From Octopus bimaculoides (taxonomy: Eukaryota): a DNA stretch of 64,000 bases. Positions 39,065 to 51,130 of the stretch are shown one piece after another (position 1 is the first letter of the stretch; each line of letters begins with the position of its first letter). The DNA lies in the NCBI RefSeq assembly GCF_001194135.2, contig NC_068982.1, forward strand, positions 109,027,094-109,091,093, given 5' to 3'. The notes beneath the pieces were generated by a model that ran no database searches, was not told the origin of the DNA, and saw only the letters and a program-made list of their open reading frames with translations. The position numbers were made by a program, and so were the translations under genes.

Positions 39065-40370
39065 TGAAGACAAAAGGATTTCATGTGCTACTGATCGTAG
39101 ATGATACACCTTATCATCCACAATCTCTACAGCTCCACTATCTGAATGTCTAATTAATATTCATAATGCGAAATAACCTCACTTTTCAAGCTTTGCACCA
39201 AGGCGTTATTTGCTACTTTTTAAGATTTTATTTTCGACACGCATTCGACCAGTTTATAAATGCTAATGATAGAGAAGTTGACCCAACACTTGATCATTTT
39301 GTAAATCTTTCAGCATTCTAGGTGCTGTAAAAAAATAATAAAAAGAAGGCTTCTGCAACAAATTACAGAGAAAAATACGAAAGCTGTTTGAAACAAATTC
39401 TTTAAAGTTATTGACAATTTTTGAGGGATTTAGAGAATCAGTAGAGATTGTTCGAAGTAAAACGAGTCATCGTTGATATTGTTAATCAATTGTGCCTTGA
39501 TGTTTCTATGAATATATGAACGATCCATTTCAGTCACACGAACAAGAGCTTACAATTGAAGATCTCATCATGAAAAAGCCGAAGATGATATAACACTGGA
39601 AACTACTCTTGTTTATTTTGTTTTTTAAAAGGTTTTGCGGATCTTTTTTAAAACGGGGGCCACATTTTTCATTAATGTTTTACGTAGTGTTTTTGGTACC
39701 GAAAGACTTTCAAACTTCGTATACTTATCTATTTTGTGTTATAGAACAGAAAAATATTTTTGTATCCGAATTTATTTCATGTAAAAAATTGTCTTATTTC
39801 GATAATTTCAACCAATCACTGACAAGTATTCAGTTGTTTACATTTACTCCTTTGGCTGATTAAGCGGTGTAAAGCGTATTTAATTTCCACAGCTTCGTTT
39901 TGCTTTTTTCTTTTTAAATTTGCTGTTTTACCCTAACCCTAACCCTATCACCGATAGAATTGTTTCAGAATCGATTGTTTATGTAGTCGGCACTTAATGT
40001 ATATCGGCTGAATGNNNNNNNNNNTAACATGGAATAACTTAGGGATTTCTTTTTTTTTAAGAAGACTAAGAGAAAAAGATGTTTTATATGACACATTCTA
40101 CCAGTGTTCCAAGTTTCAAAGTGTTTCGTTAATGAAAAATGTGGCCCCCGTTTTAAAAAAGATCCGGTTTTGCGACCGAAAAAGACAAAAAAAAAGAAAA
40201 AAGAATAAAAAGTCGATGGAATTTTGATGTAAGCTTGTACGACTAAAAGAATTTTTTGAGTCCAAGATTCGAATTTCGAGTGAAGTAGAACAGTTGCTAC
40301 AAATCTTAAATGATCTCGTCTGTTATCGTCAAATTTTATTAAAAGAAGAAAAGACGTAGGTAGATGGAGC
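39065..40370 (+). mobile_element. Tigger/pogo (DDE_1) transposase fossil, split by a MITE at 39639-40165
   Basis: VLLIVDDTPYHPQSLQ...FQALHQGVICYFLRFYFRHAF resembles the pogo LLLDNAPGHP...QPLDQGVI..FK.YY motif; later KVIDNF/EGF and SHEQELTIEDL; stops and frameshifts. Confidence 0.75.
39639..40165. mobile_element. Merlin-type non-autonomous DNA transposon (MITE)
   Basis: Perfect 37-bp TIRs beginning GG (39639-39675, 40129-40165); perfect 8-bp TSD GGTTTTGC (39631-39638, 40166-40173); internal (CCCTAA)2CCCTA at 39931-39947. Confidence 0.85.
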
Positions 40371-41139
40371 TTTTGACACATTTGTAAAGATGAAAAAAAG
40401 GGGCTCCTACTTTAAGTGAATCAAATACGTACAGCAAAACGTCCACCACGAGATGAATAAAAAAGTGATATTTAATTGTTTGTAAATGCTTGATTTAATA
40501 TGTATGATGCATTAAGTCATTGGTTAGGCTTAAATTGTTTATTGATATTTATTTATTTCTTACTTTTAAAAAATTCTTGCATATAAAATCACCTCATCTG
40601 CAGTAAACAGATTTTAGATAAAGTGTTTAGTGTAGGTATTGAGTAAGATTTAAGGCAAAGGATTTTGTAGTAACACACAAATAATTCATAAGTTTTGTAT
40701 TTATTTATAATCTCTAGTGTTAAATCTATGTCAGGCAAATGATCTTTCATAAGATTGACACAGTTGAAGACTTGCACTAAATTGCAAAATGATATAGGCA
40801 ATCCCTTCTCTATTTCTTATGTTGAAACAAGGCCACAAATTTGTTGGGAAGGTGTGTTGCAGTTGTTTGAATTGACCTGTGTACATGACTGGGACTTATT
40901 TTGGATCTATTCAATTTGACGGCCAGATTTTTTGATTAATTTGTTTTAACTATAAACACTTATTATTTGATGAATTCATTTTTGTTTTTTTGAAGGGTGT
41001 AATGTGATTAAGATTTTACTGCTATTTCTAGCACATAGAAACTCCCTTATGAGCTCCTTCATGTTTTAGTCAAATTAGCGGTATGGCTGGCACAAACAGC
41101 AAAGCTTCATATTTGGTTTCATCATTTTTCTGAACTTAC

Positions 41140-41201
41140 TCTCATCAGAGTCAGCTTGACCGTTCGTTTTCCCAAAGTCGGTAATCTCTTAAATACAATG
41201 T
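41140..41201 (-). other. Candidate 62-nt minus-strand exon (one open frame, IVFKRLPTLGKRTVKLTLMR; may be 5'UTR plus ATG AGA)
   Basis: Minus-strand acceptor ttttttcttttatttttatcag and donor AGA|gtaagt, both near consensus. Confidence 0.45.
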
Positions 41202-41289
41202 CTGATAAAAATAAAAGAAAAAATGATTGTCATAGTGAAAATTCCTTTGATAGCTCTTCTAAAAACAAGATTGACCTGGGACAGTATAA

Positions 41290-41828
41290 AAAAAGTGTTT
41301 CTGAGTAAGGCCATCGATTTTGAGAGGAGAGATTAGTTGATTACATCGACCCTAGTATTTGACTGGCATTTTATGTTGCCGAACCTGAAAGATGAAAAGC
41401 AAACTTGACTTCGGAAGGATTTGAGATCAGAACGAAAGGAGCCGGAAGAAATACCATAATACTTTTCCCAAAGCCCTTTCTACCAGCTCCCTGCTGATTT
41501 CTTTTATTTACCACCTGGGCGACTGTTTAGGGGAACAGTCGCAAATACATGTATAACAAATGGAAAATTGAATGAGAAAGCAAAAATATGAAATACAAAT
41601 ACGTACGGTGTACAAATAATGATTTCAAATTTTAGTACAAGGCCTGCAATTTCGAGGGAGAAATTAAGTCAATTACGTCGACCTCAATGCTCAACTGGCA
41701 CTTATTGACCCAGAAAAGATGAAAGGTGAAGTCGACCTTGGCGTAATATAAACTGAGAACGTAAAGACAAATGAAATGCTGCTAAGCATTTTACCCGCGG
41801 TAACGGTTACTGCCAGCTAGCCGCCTTA
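41290..41828 (-). mobile_element. Two SINE family S3 copies (about 41290-41480 and 41625-41828)
   Basis: GACCCAGAAAAGATGAAAGGTGAAGTCGACC...CTGCCAGCTAGCCGCCTT; CpGs largely retained. Confidence 0.8.
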
Positions 41829-42212
41829 TGTATGGTACACAAACAATGAATTATAATGATGGTGCAGACCTTATGAAATAGGACCGTCACCTGTGACCAA
41901 GCGAGGAACCTTGGCATTCAAAGGACAGGTGTCTTCTTGAACGATTAGTAATAAAAACTACCATTTCATTGATGGTAGTTATATATATATATATATATAT
42001 AGATTCAAGGTTGAATATGGTAATTATGCGTAGGCACCCGAATATCGTATTCCAAAAGATAGGTGATCAAAAATCAAAAAATAAGCAAAACGGATTTCAA
42101 AGGTGATTGCAGTACGCACGTTTCATGCTACTCCAATTTATTTAAGTAATGTGAGCATTACATTAAATGCAATATGAAGAGCAATCTTCAGCTTCACGAA
42201 AATGCAGAAAAT

Positions 42213-42244
<32 letters not shown>

Positions 42245-42902
42245 TTCAAAAAGAAAAAAGAAAAAAATCTCTGCGTATATACAACTAATGATCCAAATCG
42301 ACATTTTTAGATAAAGTATTCTATAATGGTATGCTGTACTTCGCTCTGTGGTATCTATTTATAGCTAAATGAAACAGACAATTATTAAGAGTTAAATATT
42401 TCAAGGACACCACACTCTCACACAGTGAAATACCATCAACTACTGAATCTACTGGTGGCAGGATTGTACTCTGTATACTTGGCGAGTTGTGTGCGAGTCT
42501 CGACAAATAATTAGAAAAATACAAATACTGAGGAATTTATAGCCTTAATATTTTTCTAATTTTTGTATTCAAGCCTAATTACTGTAATTCAGACAAAGAA
42601 TTGCTGGTGGATGTGTGTACGCGTGCTCATTGGAGCTTATCGTTGATTGACAGTCTTTCTCTGGCGGACTATTTTGAATTTTGCTAGGGCGGTTCTTTGT
42701 CCTTCCATTCTCAGTTTCAAGGATCCAGTCATCGGATATATCAGACGATCCGCGCGCGCGCACACACGCACACACACACACACACACACACACGAGTTCT
42801 CTTCCCTAATGCACTATTCTGGATGAGGACTTTTTTTTCCTCTAGGTTGGAAGGGTTCATGTAGCAACTTTTTTATTGTGGCTGCCAAGTTGTTTCTGAG
42901 CC

Positions 42903-42916
42903 GTTTCCATGGCAGC
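42903..42916. promoter_or_regulatory. X-box (RFX-binding) motif in a CpG-enriched promoter-like region
   Basis: GTTTCCATGGCAGC (revcomp GCTGCCATGGAAAC) fits RYYNYY-WW-RRNRAC; half-site GTAGCAAC about 40 bp upstream; donor AAA|gtaaga at 42938. Confidence 0.55.
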
Positions 42917-44329
42917 CTGAATACATCGTTATTGAAAGTAAGAAAGAACCCTCACGATAACAAGAAATAAAAACAAAACAAAATAAAATAACAAAACAGC
43001 AAGAATAAAATAGAAATACCGTACATAAACTATTTAATGCACAATTCTTATACGTAAACCAAATATCAGACAAGTAAAAGAGCAAGCTAGGGGTAAAAAT
43101 GCTATGTACTGTTGATATATCTTCAACTTGATATGTAACTGAATATGAAATATTATGGAAAGTAATAATTGCTTTCTAGCTGGTAGGGGAACACTCAGGA
43201 TTTTTTAGTGAAGCACTGTTATTTTCACTAATAACTATTTTCTTTCGTCCGCTAACCCAGATATTATTGTCTATATGTATGTACGTGTGTGTGTGTGTGC
43301 GTGCGTGCGTGTGCGTGCGCCCATACACATACATAAACAGACAAGTGTGTGTGTGAACGTGCGCCCATGCACATGCATACAAATATAAAAAGACACGTGT
43401 GTGTGTACGCATGCATGTATAAATATGTGTATAGAATACATACACATGCACCTTAAGCAACATTAATAGCTAAGTGTCATGTCTTTAGTTTCTGCTGGTG
43501 TATTTTTATTTGCATATTTTATTTTTTTATATAAAATATGAAGTGTCGGCAATAAAAACAATCTTTGTTACGTTACAATACACCCGCTCCCGCAGTTTCT
43601 CTTCAGTACAAACACACATTCTAGTACTTTACATCATACTATCTCTCTCCCCATTTTCTCACTGATATTTGTATAGTGATTTTTTTTTTTTACTATCCTC
43701 CTATCATTCATTTGCTTAATTTTATATTGAAAGTAAACAAAGAGTGTATCTGTCGGTCGCCACCTTTACTATTGGTACACACTGTATGAGTTTAATTATC
43801 ATTTGGGTAATAAATTTTGTTGTTTTTACCTGTGGATCTTGTCTGCGACCCATTTTCATTTTTTAAACTTGTTTTACTAATGCTCTGAAGAAGAGCATCA
43901 ACATCGATACGTCTTATTTTCCCACCCATTCAGTAAACAAACTTTTAGTGGTGGGGGATAAGACAGTGGACTTGTGAAAACAATAAGGCCAGATTTTAAT
44001 ATTTTGTTTCACCGCACTACTCTCTGAGTTCCATTTCCGCCAGTGTTGATTTTGTCCCACATCCATTTCCGTATGCCAGTTGTATACTGAATCTATTGAT
44101 TACACCTTGCCTTCATAATTATTGATTTTAGTGGTAGTTTTAAGGATTCATCTACAAGTCAGCAGATCCCAAACCTTGATCGAGATCTATGATCAAAAGC
44201 ATTCCAGCTTTGACCATCCCATCTTTTTCAGACTATTATCCAATATATCCTTTCTTTTTTTAAGAAAGCATAGGTGATTTGAGGGAGACCAAGCTGCTGT
44301 TTTCTTTTGCTTTGTGTTGTATATTTATG

Positions 44330-46330
44330 GTTGTAATCTGGAGGAAGAGGCAGCACTTATAGCCCTCATGGTTCCTTCTTCATTCATGAAGTTCATGTAG
44401 TTGATGGTCAACTTGAACAATCACAAGTCAATGACTATGGAAAAAGTGGTCAGGGCAGTTTAGGATTTGAGAAGAAAAGATTGGGGATAATGTTTTGTGA
44501 GAGAGCTGGAAGGGGAAGAAGAGGTGAGTGTGTCTGGTGGGGCTGGGAGAAGCTAGTATCATGTTTTCTTGCCTCAAGGAACAGAGCCCATTATAGTGAA
44601 ACTGTGAGGAGACAGCATATTTGATAGATTAGAAGTTGGAATGGTGAATTTTCTTTTAGATGTGAGCTAGGTTACTTTTCTTTGTAGAAATAGTGTTGTG
44701 GAAGCAGTACTCCAGTTTTTGGTCTCACTTGAGCATTGTAAAGAATAATATTTGAGTATGAAGTATTTTCTGGCCCTGAAAATGAATGTCAGTTTTTTGG
44801 GATGCAGTTTTTGTTTTTGCTGTTATATAAGGGGATCATCAGGAGTAGGTCATTTTAATTGTGAGGCCTATAATTTGTAATGACTTTTTGAGGGTTTTGT
44901 GATGAGTAATGTAGAAAACTGTTTCTTTGACATGTGCAGTAGTTGTATCTTTGTTGAAAGGGACAAGGTTGTCATGAGCCTGTTGGAGATTTTTTTGAGA
45001 TCTTTTCATGGAAGTAGTGCAGGTTTGAAATAAGGTGTCTAGGTTACATGTGGGAAGTATCTGTGCAGAAGGTTTATGAGGAATGAAGAATGATATCATC
45101 TGTATAGATATGTGGTTAGAAGCAATAAGTAAGACTGTATGACTGTAGAGTGTGGGTGAAACAACTGAGTTTTAGGGAACACATAGTAGATGAGGTGAGT
45201 GAAGCCCATAGTCTAAGAATTTTATAAGGATGTTTTTGTGCCAGATTTGGCTAGATACCTTGCTGACTGATTTTATGTTTGGAGACATTGATTTTGCTGA
45301 ATTTCTCAAGGGCAAGGTGCATATGACAAGTGATGTACACATTTAGAGTTCCTGTAGATTTGGCTCCTTGGAATCTGTGGTGATCACTGAAAAAGGAGAG
45401 GAATTCAGTGTTGGAGAAAGTGATTATTAATAACACTTTGTATTATTTTTAAGCTATTTGGAATTGGAGTGTTAGGTTGATTGTTGGTGGAGTCATGGAG
45501 ATTGATTTTATTGGGGTAGGGGACAAGATCAGCATAGATTTCTACATGGAGACTAAAAGTATGAGGATGGGGGAGGGGGCAAGTTTTCCAGTCTACTGTT
45601 TGAGAGTAATGGAAAGGGCAATATCAGAACTGGTTTAAAGTGACTGATTTAAAGTTGGCAAAAGTGTTTTTTTCTTTTCTGGTACTTAGCATGTATGTTA
45701 CTTGGTTGTGCACCTGGCAGAGTGGAGTTAAGTTTTATTGAGTCTGTACCATTTAGAGTTGAATATAAATTGGACAACAAATGCAGAATCTTTCATTGCA
45801 GGAGGATTACTTATCTTGGTTGAAAATGAGTGGGTACTTTACACAATTGGTAAAGACCCTTTTAATAAGAGACCAGAAGAATTGGTTGAAATTTGGGAAG
45901 TAATGAGAGTTTTCGGACTGAATTGTAGTCTTGCACAAGCTGTGGTTGTAGGTAAAATCCACACAGTTCATAGAAGTGTATGATTTTTCACAGGCAGGCA
46001 ACTTGTTTAATAAAAATTGTTTGGGCTTATGAACTTTGGTTTTGGGAAGGATGTGAAAGTACATTCCTAAGAGTATTATTTTGGTCACCTGTTTAGTTGA
46101 TCCTTATGCTCAGAGGTAAAGTATATTTGCTGCCAGGGAAACTTAGTGTAAAAGTGGTGAAGTTCTGAGCATAGAGTTTGGAAGCTGGAGAAGGGGAAGG
46201 ACTTGTAGCATGTGGATATGTGATAATATTTGTCATTATGCAGTGGGTGCATGTTCCACTATATACAGAGACTGTGATGGTTTGGTAGAAATTGTGTTTG
46301 GGGACTGAGAAAGAGATCAAGAGTGTTTGG
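44330..46330 (-). mobile_element. Decayed Penelope-like element (RT region, probable GIY-YIG remnant)
   Basis: Minus-strand YTDDII (45095-45106) and FHILPKTKVHKP (about 46023-46060), resembling PLE RT YIDD and Y.LPKIHK motifs; many disablements. Confidence 0.65.
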
Positions 46331-46644
46331 TATGTGTGTGTTCTAGATATATCATGCTCCTGTTTAGTTGAATCCTAACTGTGCAGTGCAACAGACTGCT
46401 AGTAATAGTATCAGTTGCAGTTAGTTTCATCAAGTAGGTGTGTGTAGGGTGTGCTGTGATTTTACCTGCTCTTCAATCCTGTTATGACACTGAAAAACAT
46501 GAAGGATGTTGCAATACAGCATTGATAAATGCAGGCGTTAGTTGAATAGTTTCAAACACAATAAACAAACAGTAATTAAAATCAATTAATGGGGGAATAC
46601 AGAAAAAGAATTATGCACAATGAATTTGAGTAATATATTTTATC

Positions 46645-46861
46645 TTTTACATGTTTCAGTCATTAGACTGGCCATGTTGGGGCACTGTCTTGAAGAATTT
46701 TAGTTGGACTTATCAACCCTAGTACTTATTTTTTGTAAAGCCTTGTACTTATTCTATTGATCTCTTTTGCCAAACCGCTTATTTACAAGGACATAGATAC
46801 ATCAACACCAGTTGCCAAGTGGTGGTGGGGGACAAACACATACACATGAACACACACACAT

Positions 46862-46948
<87 letters not shown>

Positions 46949-47110
46949 TATACACAATGGGCTTCTTTCAGTTTCTATCTACCAGATCCTTTCACAAGGT
47001 TTTGATCAGCCTGAGACCATATAGAAGATACTTGCCCAAGATGCCACACAGTGGGACTGAACCTGGAACCATGTGATTGGAAAGCAAACTTCTTACAACA
47101 CAACCACACC
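46645..47110 (-). mobile_element. SINE family S1 with expanded internal (AT)n (46866-46940)
   Basis: Colinear with 32832-33247. Confidence 0.88.
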
Positions 47111-47599
47111 TTTTTTTGTCTTCCCAATATCATTTTTTTCTGTGGACATCATAGCTTGCTGTTTTCTTTTATTTTGATATCTTATTTCAGCTCATATTCG
47201 CATGTATTTCCTCTATACACACAAAATTGAGTATTTTTATCAGTAAATTCTACAGGCTGTAATATGAATAAAACTACCACATAACTACTATCTCAGTGCA
47301 AGACAAAAGTTTCATCCTGTTTTTCCAGATATTCCATGCATTTTCTCTTTTATTCATTTGGTCAGGAGGAAGGGGGCTGTGTTTTAACACTGTTGACCAA
47401 TGAGATTAACTTCTTTCTTATCAACAACTACAAGTCAATGGCTGAAGGAAAAACATGTGCAGGGAGAGAGTTCTCGTAGGAGGTGATGATCTGGGAAGGA
47501 AGGACTGGACGTAATAGTGCAGTGATCTAGTGGTGGAATGACACCAAGTGATGAGAAGAAGAGAGAAGTGGTTGAGAGTGCCAAAGGAGGATAAGCTTT

Positions 47600-48010
47600 T
47601 TGTGTGTCCCACCTACACTTAACAAGAAAATTTCTCAAAGACAACAAACCAAACTACATCTCTACATCTCTTCCTCACATTTCCATGTCATGCACTATGC
47701 TTAGCTCTCACTCCCCAATCCTGTCCTCTTAGCCCTGTACCACTGTATCGTTGCTCTCTGCTAGCTTCCGACTTGTGTGTTCCATCTGCACCCTGTCTCA
47801 CTGTATCATTGCTATCTGCTAGCCTCTGACCATGTGTTCCACCCACATATAACAAGAAAACTTTTCACACACCCTACCCCAACAAATCAATCTACATCTC
47901 TATATCTCTTCTCTTCCTCACAGTTCCTCCTTCATGCACTATGCCTAACTTTCACTCCCCTAATCCTGTCCTCACAGCCCTGTTCCTCTGTATCATTGCT
48001 ATCCAGTAGT
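47600..48010. repeat. Diverged tandem duplication of a pyrimidine-rich repeat (about 240-bp unit)
   Basis: CCCAC..A..TAACAAGAAAA...CATCTCT...CATGCACTATGC...CACTCCCC.AATCCTGTCCTC..AGCCCTGT occurs twice. Confidence 0.6.
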
Positions 48011-48529
48011 CCTCCAGACTATATATACCCAGGTTTTCGCCACTCACTTCCCCCCTCCATACTCTTTAATCACACTTCCTTCTCAATATCCTGCCACTTA
48101 TATTATGGCCTTCGAACCTCAAGGGTATGCCCTGGCACTTGCCACCATCTATGTCTCTCTCTTCCTTTACTCCACCATCCCATTTATATTCTGATCCCCA
48201 TCCCTTGTGAGTATGCGTGGCACTTTGCCACCATCTCTATTCTACTGTCTTCTACTCTCTTTTCCCTTCTCTTGCACTTCTCTCAGGTCGGGTAACTATA
48301 TATTTCCTTTGCGGCAGCGCACCTGTTTCTGTCTTCATTCCTGATATCACCCCTCTCTTTCTCTCTCTCTCTCTCTTTGGCTGGGTAACCTTGTACCTCC
48401 TCTATAGCAAGATACCTATTTATGTCTCTCTGCCTCACTATAACCTTTCATCATTTGACACAAGATCACCTCCTCCATTACCCACTCCCTTCTCAAAAGA
48501 GTTTTTCTTTTTTTTTTGTCTTGCTAGTA

Positions 48530-48830
48530 CTTGGTGACCCTGTCAGTACAGGTACCACTTAAAAGTACCCAGTCCACACTGTAAAGCGGTTGGCATTTGG
48601 AAGGGCATCCAGCTGTAAAAACCTTCCTGAAACTGACCTTGCCCGTGCTTGTGCCACATAAAAAGCACTAAGTCCACTCTGCTGAGTGGTTGGTTTAAGA
48701 AGGGCATCCAGCTGTAAAAATCCTGCTAAAACAGATACAGAAGTCTGGTGCAGGCTTCTGTCTGGTTAGCTCTTGTCAAACCATCCCACCCATGCCAGCA
48801 TGGAAGGTGGACGTTAAATGATATTGAAAA
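48530..48830 (+). mobile_element. RTE 3'UTR-derived fragment with internal repeat
   Basis: Two AAGGGCATCCAGCTGTAAAA blocks, then CCATGCCAGCATGGAAGGTGGACGTTAAATGAT. Confidence 0.75.
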
Positions 48831-49361
48831 GCAATGATTTATTACTTGTATGTGGTGGCGGGCCATATTATGTAGTCTGACTTGAAGTGGTTCACTATAC
48901 AGGGTATGCATTATGGTTGTCCTGGCTTGTTGCTGTGTTTTTCATCTGTTCATTCCGTTTTTGTATATTCTGGTGATAGTCCATTTGAAGTTTTAGGTTG
49001 CTGTGAGTAGTATCCTATCTATATGAAATAATAGAACAACTAAAACCAGTATTTAGCCACAATCTAGGTTGAGAGGAAATTACTGTAAGGAAATTTTATA
49101 ATATATTTGATTCAGTATATTTTAAAGATATGTTCACCTCTCTATAAGATTTTTAATGCATGACAGACAATTTGGTATTTTGAACTTGTGTGTGTTTGTA
49201 CAACTCTCATATTATCTATATAGAAATATCATAGGCATTTAGTCTGGCATTCTACCATTTCTGTTCCTAGTATTACAACATATGATGAATTCTAATTGAT
49301 TGAGCATAAAGTCTTGTATTTCAATGGAAGGGAAATGGGAATATTGATACTGTTACTATTT

Positions 49362-49790
49362 GAGGGGATGAGCTGGCAGAATCGTTACTACACGTCAGGC
49401 AAAATACTTAGCAGCATTTCATCCATCTTTATGTTCTGAGTTCAAATTCTGCTGAGGTCAACTTTGCTTTTCATCCTATTTGGGTCAATAAAATAAGTAC
49501 CAGTTGAGCACTGGAGTTGATGTACTCAACCTCCGAACTTCCTGGCCTGTGCCAAAATTTGAAACTATTTTTACTGTTACTATTACTATGAGTAGTGAGC
49601 TGGCAGAATCATTAGAGTGTGGAACAATTTGCTTTGGTGTATTTAATTCTTTATGTTCTAAGTCCAGTTCCTGCTGGAGGTCAACTTTGCATTTCACCTC
49701 TCTAAAAGTACTGGTCACGAACTGTGGTTGTAGCTATCAATTAACTCACTTCCTTCAAAATTTTTGGCCCTGTGCCTAAATTGGAAACCA
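49362..49790 (+). mobile_element. Two tandem SINE family S3 copies
   Basis: GAGCTGGCAGAATC...GAGGTCAACTTTGC..TTTCA cores at about 49370 and 49598. Confidence 0.8.
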
Positions 49791-49899
49791 TTATTATTTC
49801 TTATATTTTCCTCAGGAAAGTTATAACAGAATGTCTTTTCTCAAATAGGAAGTTGATAAAATTTGGATTGCAAGAATTTTTGTTTTGAATTTAAACATT

Positions 49900-50039
49900 T
49901 TTTATTTGTTTCACTCAATAGACTGTAGCTATCCTATCTATTCTATCAGTCTCTTTTACTGAACTGCTAGGTTATAAGGATGTAAACAAACCGACACTGG
50001 TTGTCAAGTGATGGGGACAGGCAGACAGACAGACAGACA

Positions 50040-50076
<37 letters not shown>

Positions 50077-50236
50077 GACAGGCTTCTTTCAGTTTCCGTG
50101 TACCAAATTCACTCAAAAGGCTTTTGTGTTGACTTGGGGCTACAGTAGAAGACACTTGCTCAGGGTTCTTGCATGTGGGACTGAATCCAGAACCATGTGG
50201 TTGAGAAGCTATCTTCTTCCTTCACAGCCATGTTTG
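49900..50236 (-). mobile_element. SINE family S1 copy with internal (GACA)n(CA)n
   Basis: Colinear with S1; internal deletion in the 3' half. Confidence 0.85.
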
Positions 50237-51064
50237 CATTTAAAACACCTTCATTTTTTTAAATCCCTTATTAGAGGTTTCAGTCAACTAGACACTAAAT
50301 GCTTTAAATACTCAAATCAGTACCAATAGGTAGTGAGTTTTCAGAATTGTTAGCATGTCATACAAAATACTGTGTGCCATACAGTTATGGTTCTGGGTTC
50401 AAATTCCAGCAAGGGAGACTTTTCATCTTTCTTGGTTGATAAAATAAATATCTATTGAATAGTGGGGTTGACTGTGAGCTGATGTATATCACCTGCATAT
50501 TGTGACTAGCTTGGCTGATCAGCATTGGGCAGTTAGTGTATAACATACACTTATGGAGGCCTAGAGGTACTGTGTCCATAGATAGGTGCTATATTCGTGA
50601 TTGCTGGCATTATGTTGATAGAAAAGAAAAAAAGTGCCAATATTAAAGTGATGGTCTATTGAATCAATTGTCCATTATATATTACTGCTAGTTGTATCCT
50701 TCACTGTTATAGGCTAGAAACTGACCCTGGCAGGATTGAAGCTATAATGTTATGCATGAGCTAAACAGCGTAAAGCATGTTGATATGCTTTCTGCTAATT
50801 GTGGTATTTTGAATTGGGCATGTAGCATTAGTATTGAAGAATGGAAGTGGATAGATATATGTCTGCATGTTGTACAGGTTTGCTGTGCTGCATATCAGAT
50901 ATTCAACTTTGGAATAATATTATACACACACAGTAAAGTATTTTTACAATAAATGAAAAATAAACTAAAGAGAAAACAAAAGAATAAAAATGCAAACACT
51001 GTATTAGGCAGCCAGAGTTTGAAAGGATCAATAAAGCTATAAATAGAGAAAAATAATACCTCAG

Positions 51065-51093
51065 TAATAATAATAGTAATGATAATAATAATG

Positions 51094-51128
<35 letters not shown>
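51065..51128. repeat. (AAT)n microsatellite
   Basis: Read directly. Confidence 0.95.

Positions 51129-51130
<2 letters not shown>

Noticed and set aside
39931-39947. Telomere or interstitial telomeric array
   Set aside because: Fewer than three units and internal to a MITE
41956-41980. 9-bp stem hairpin as a Helitron 3' end or terminator
   Set aside because: No CTRR terminus follows, and short AT-rich stems are common by chance
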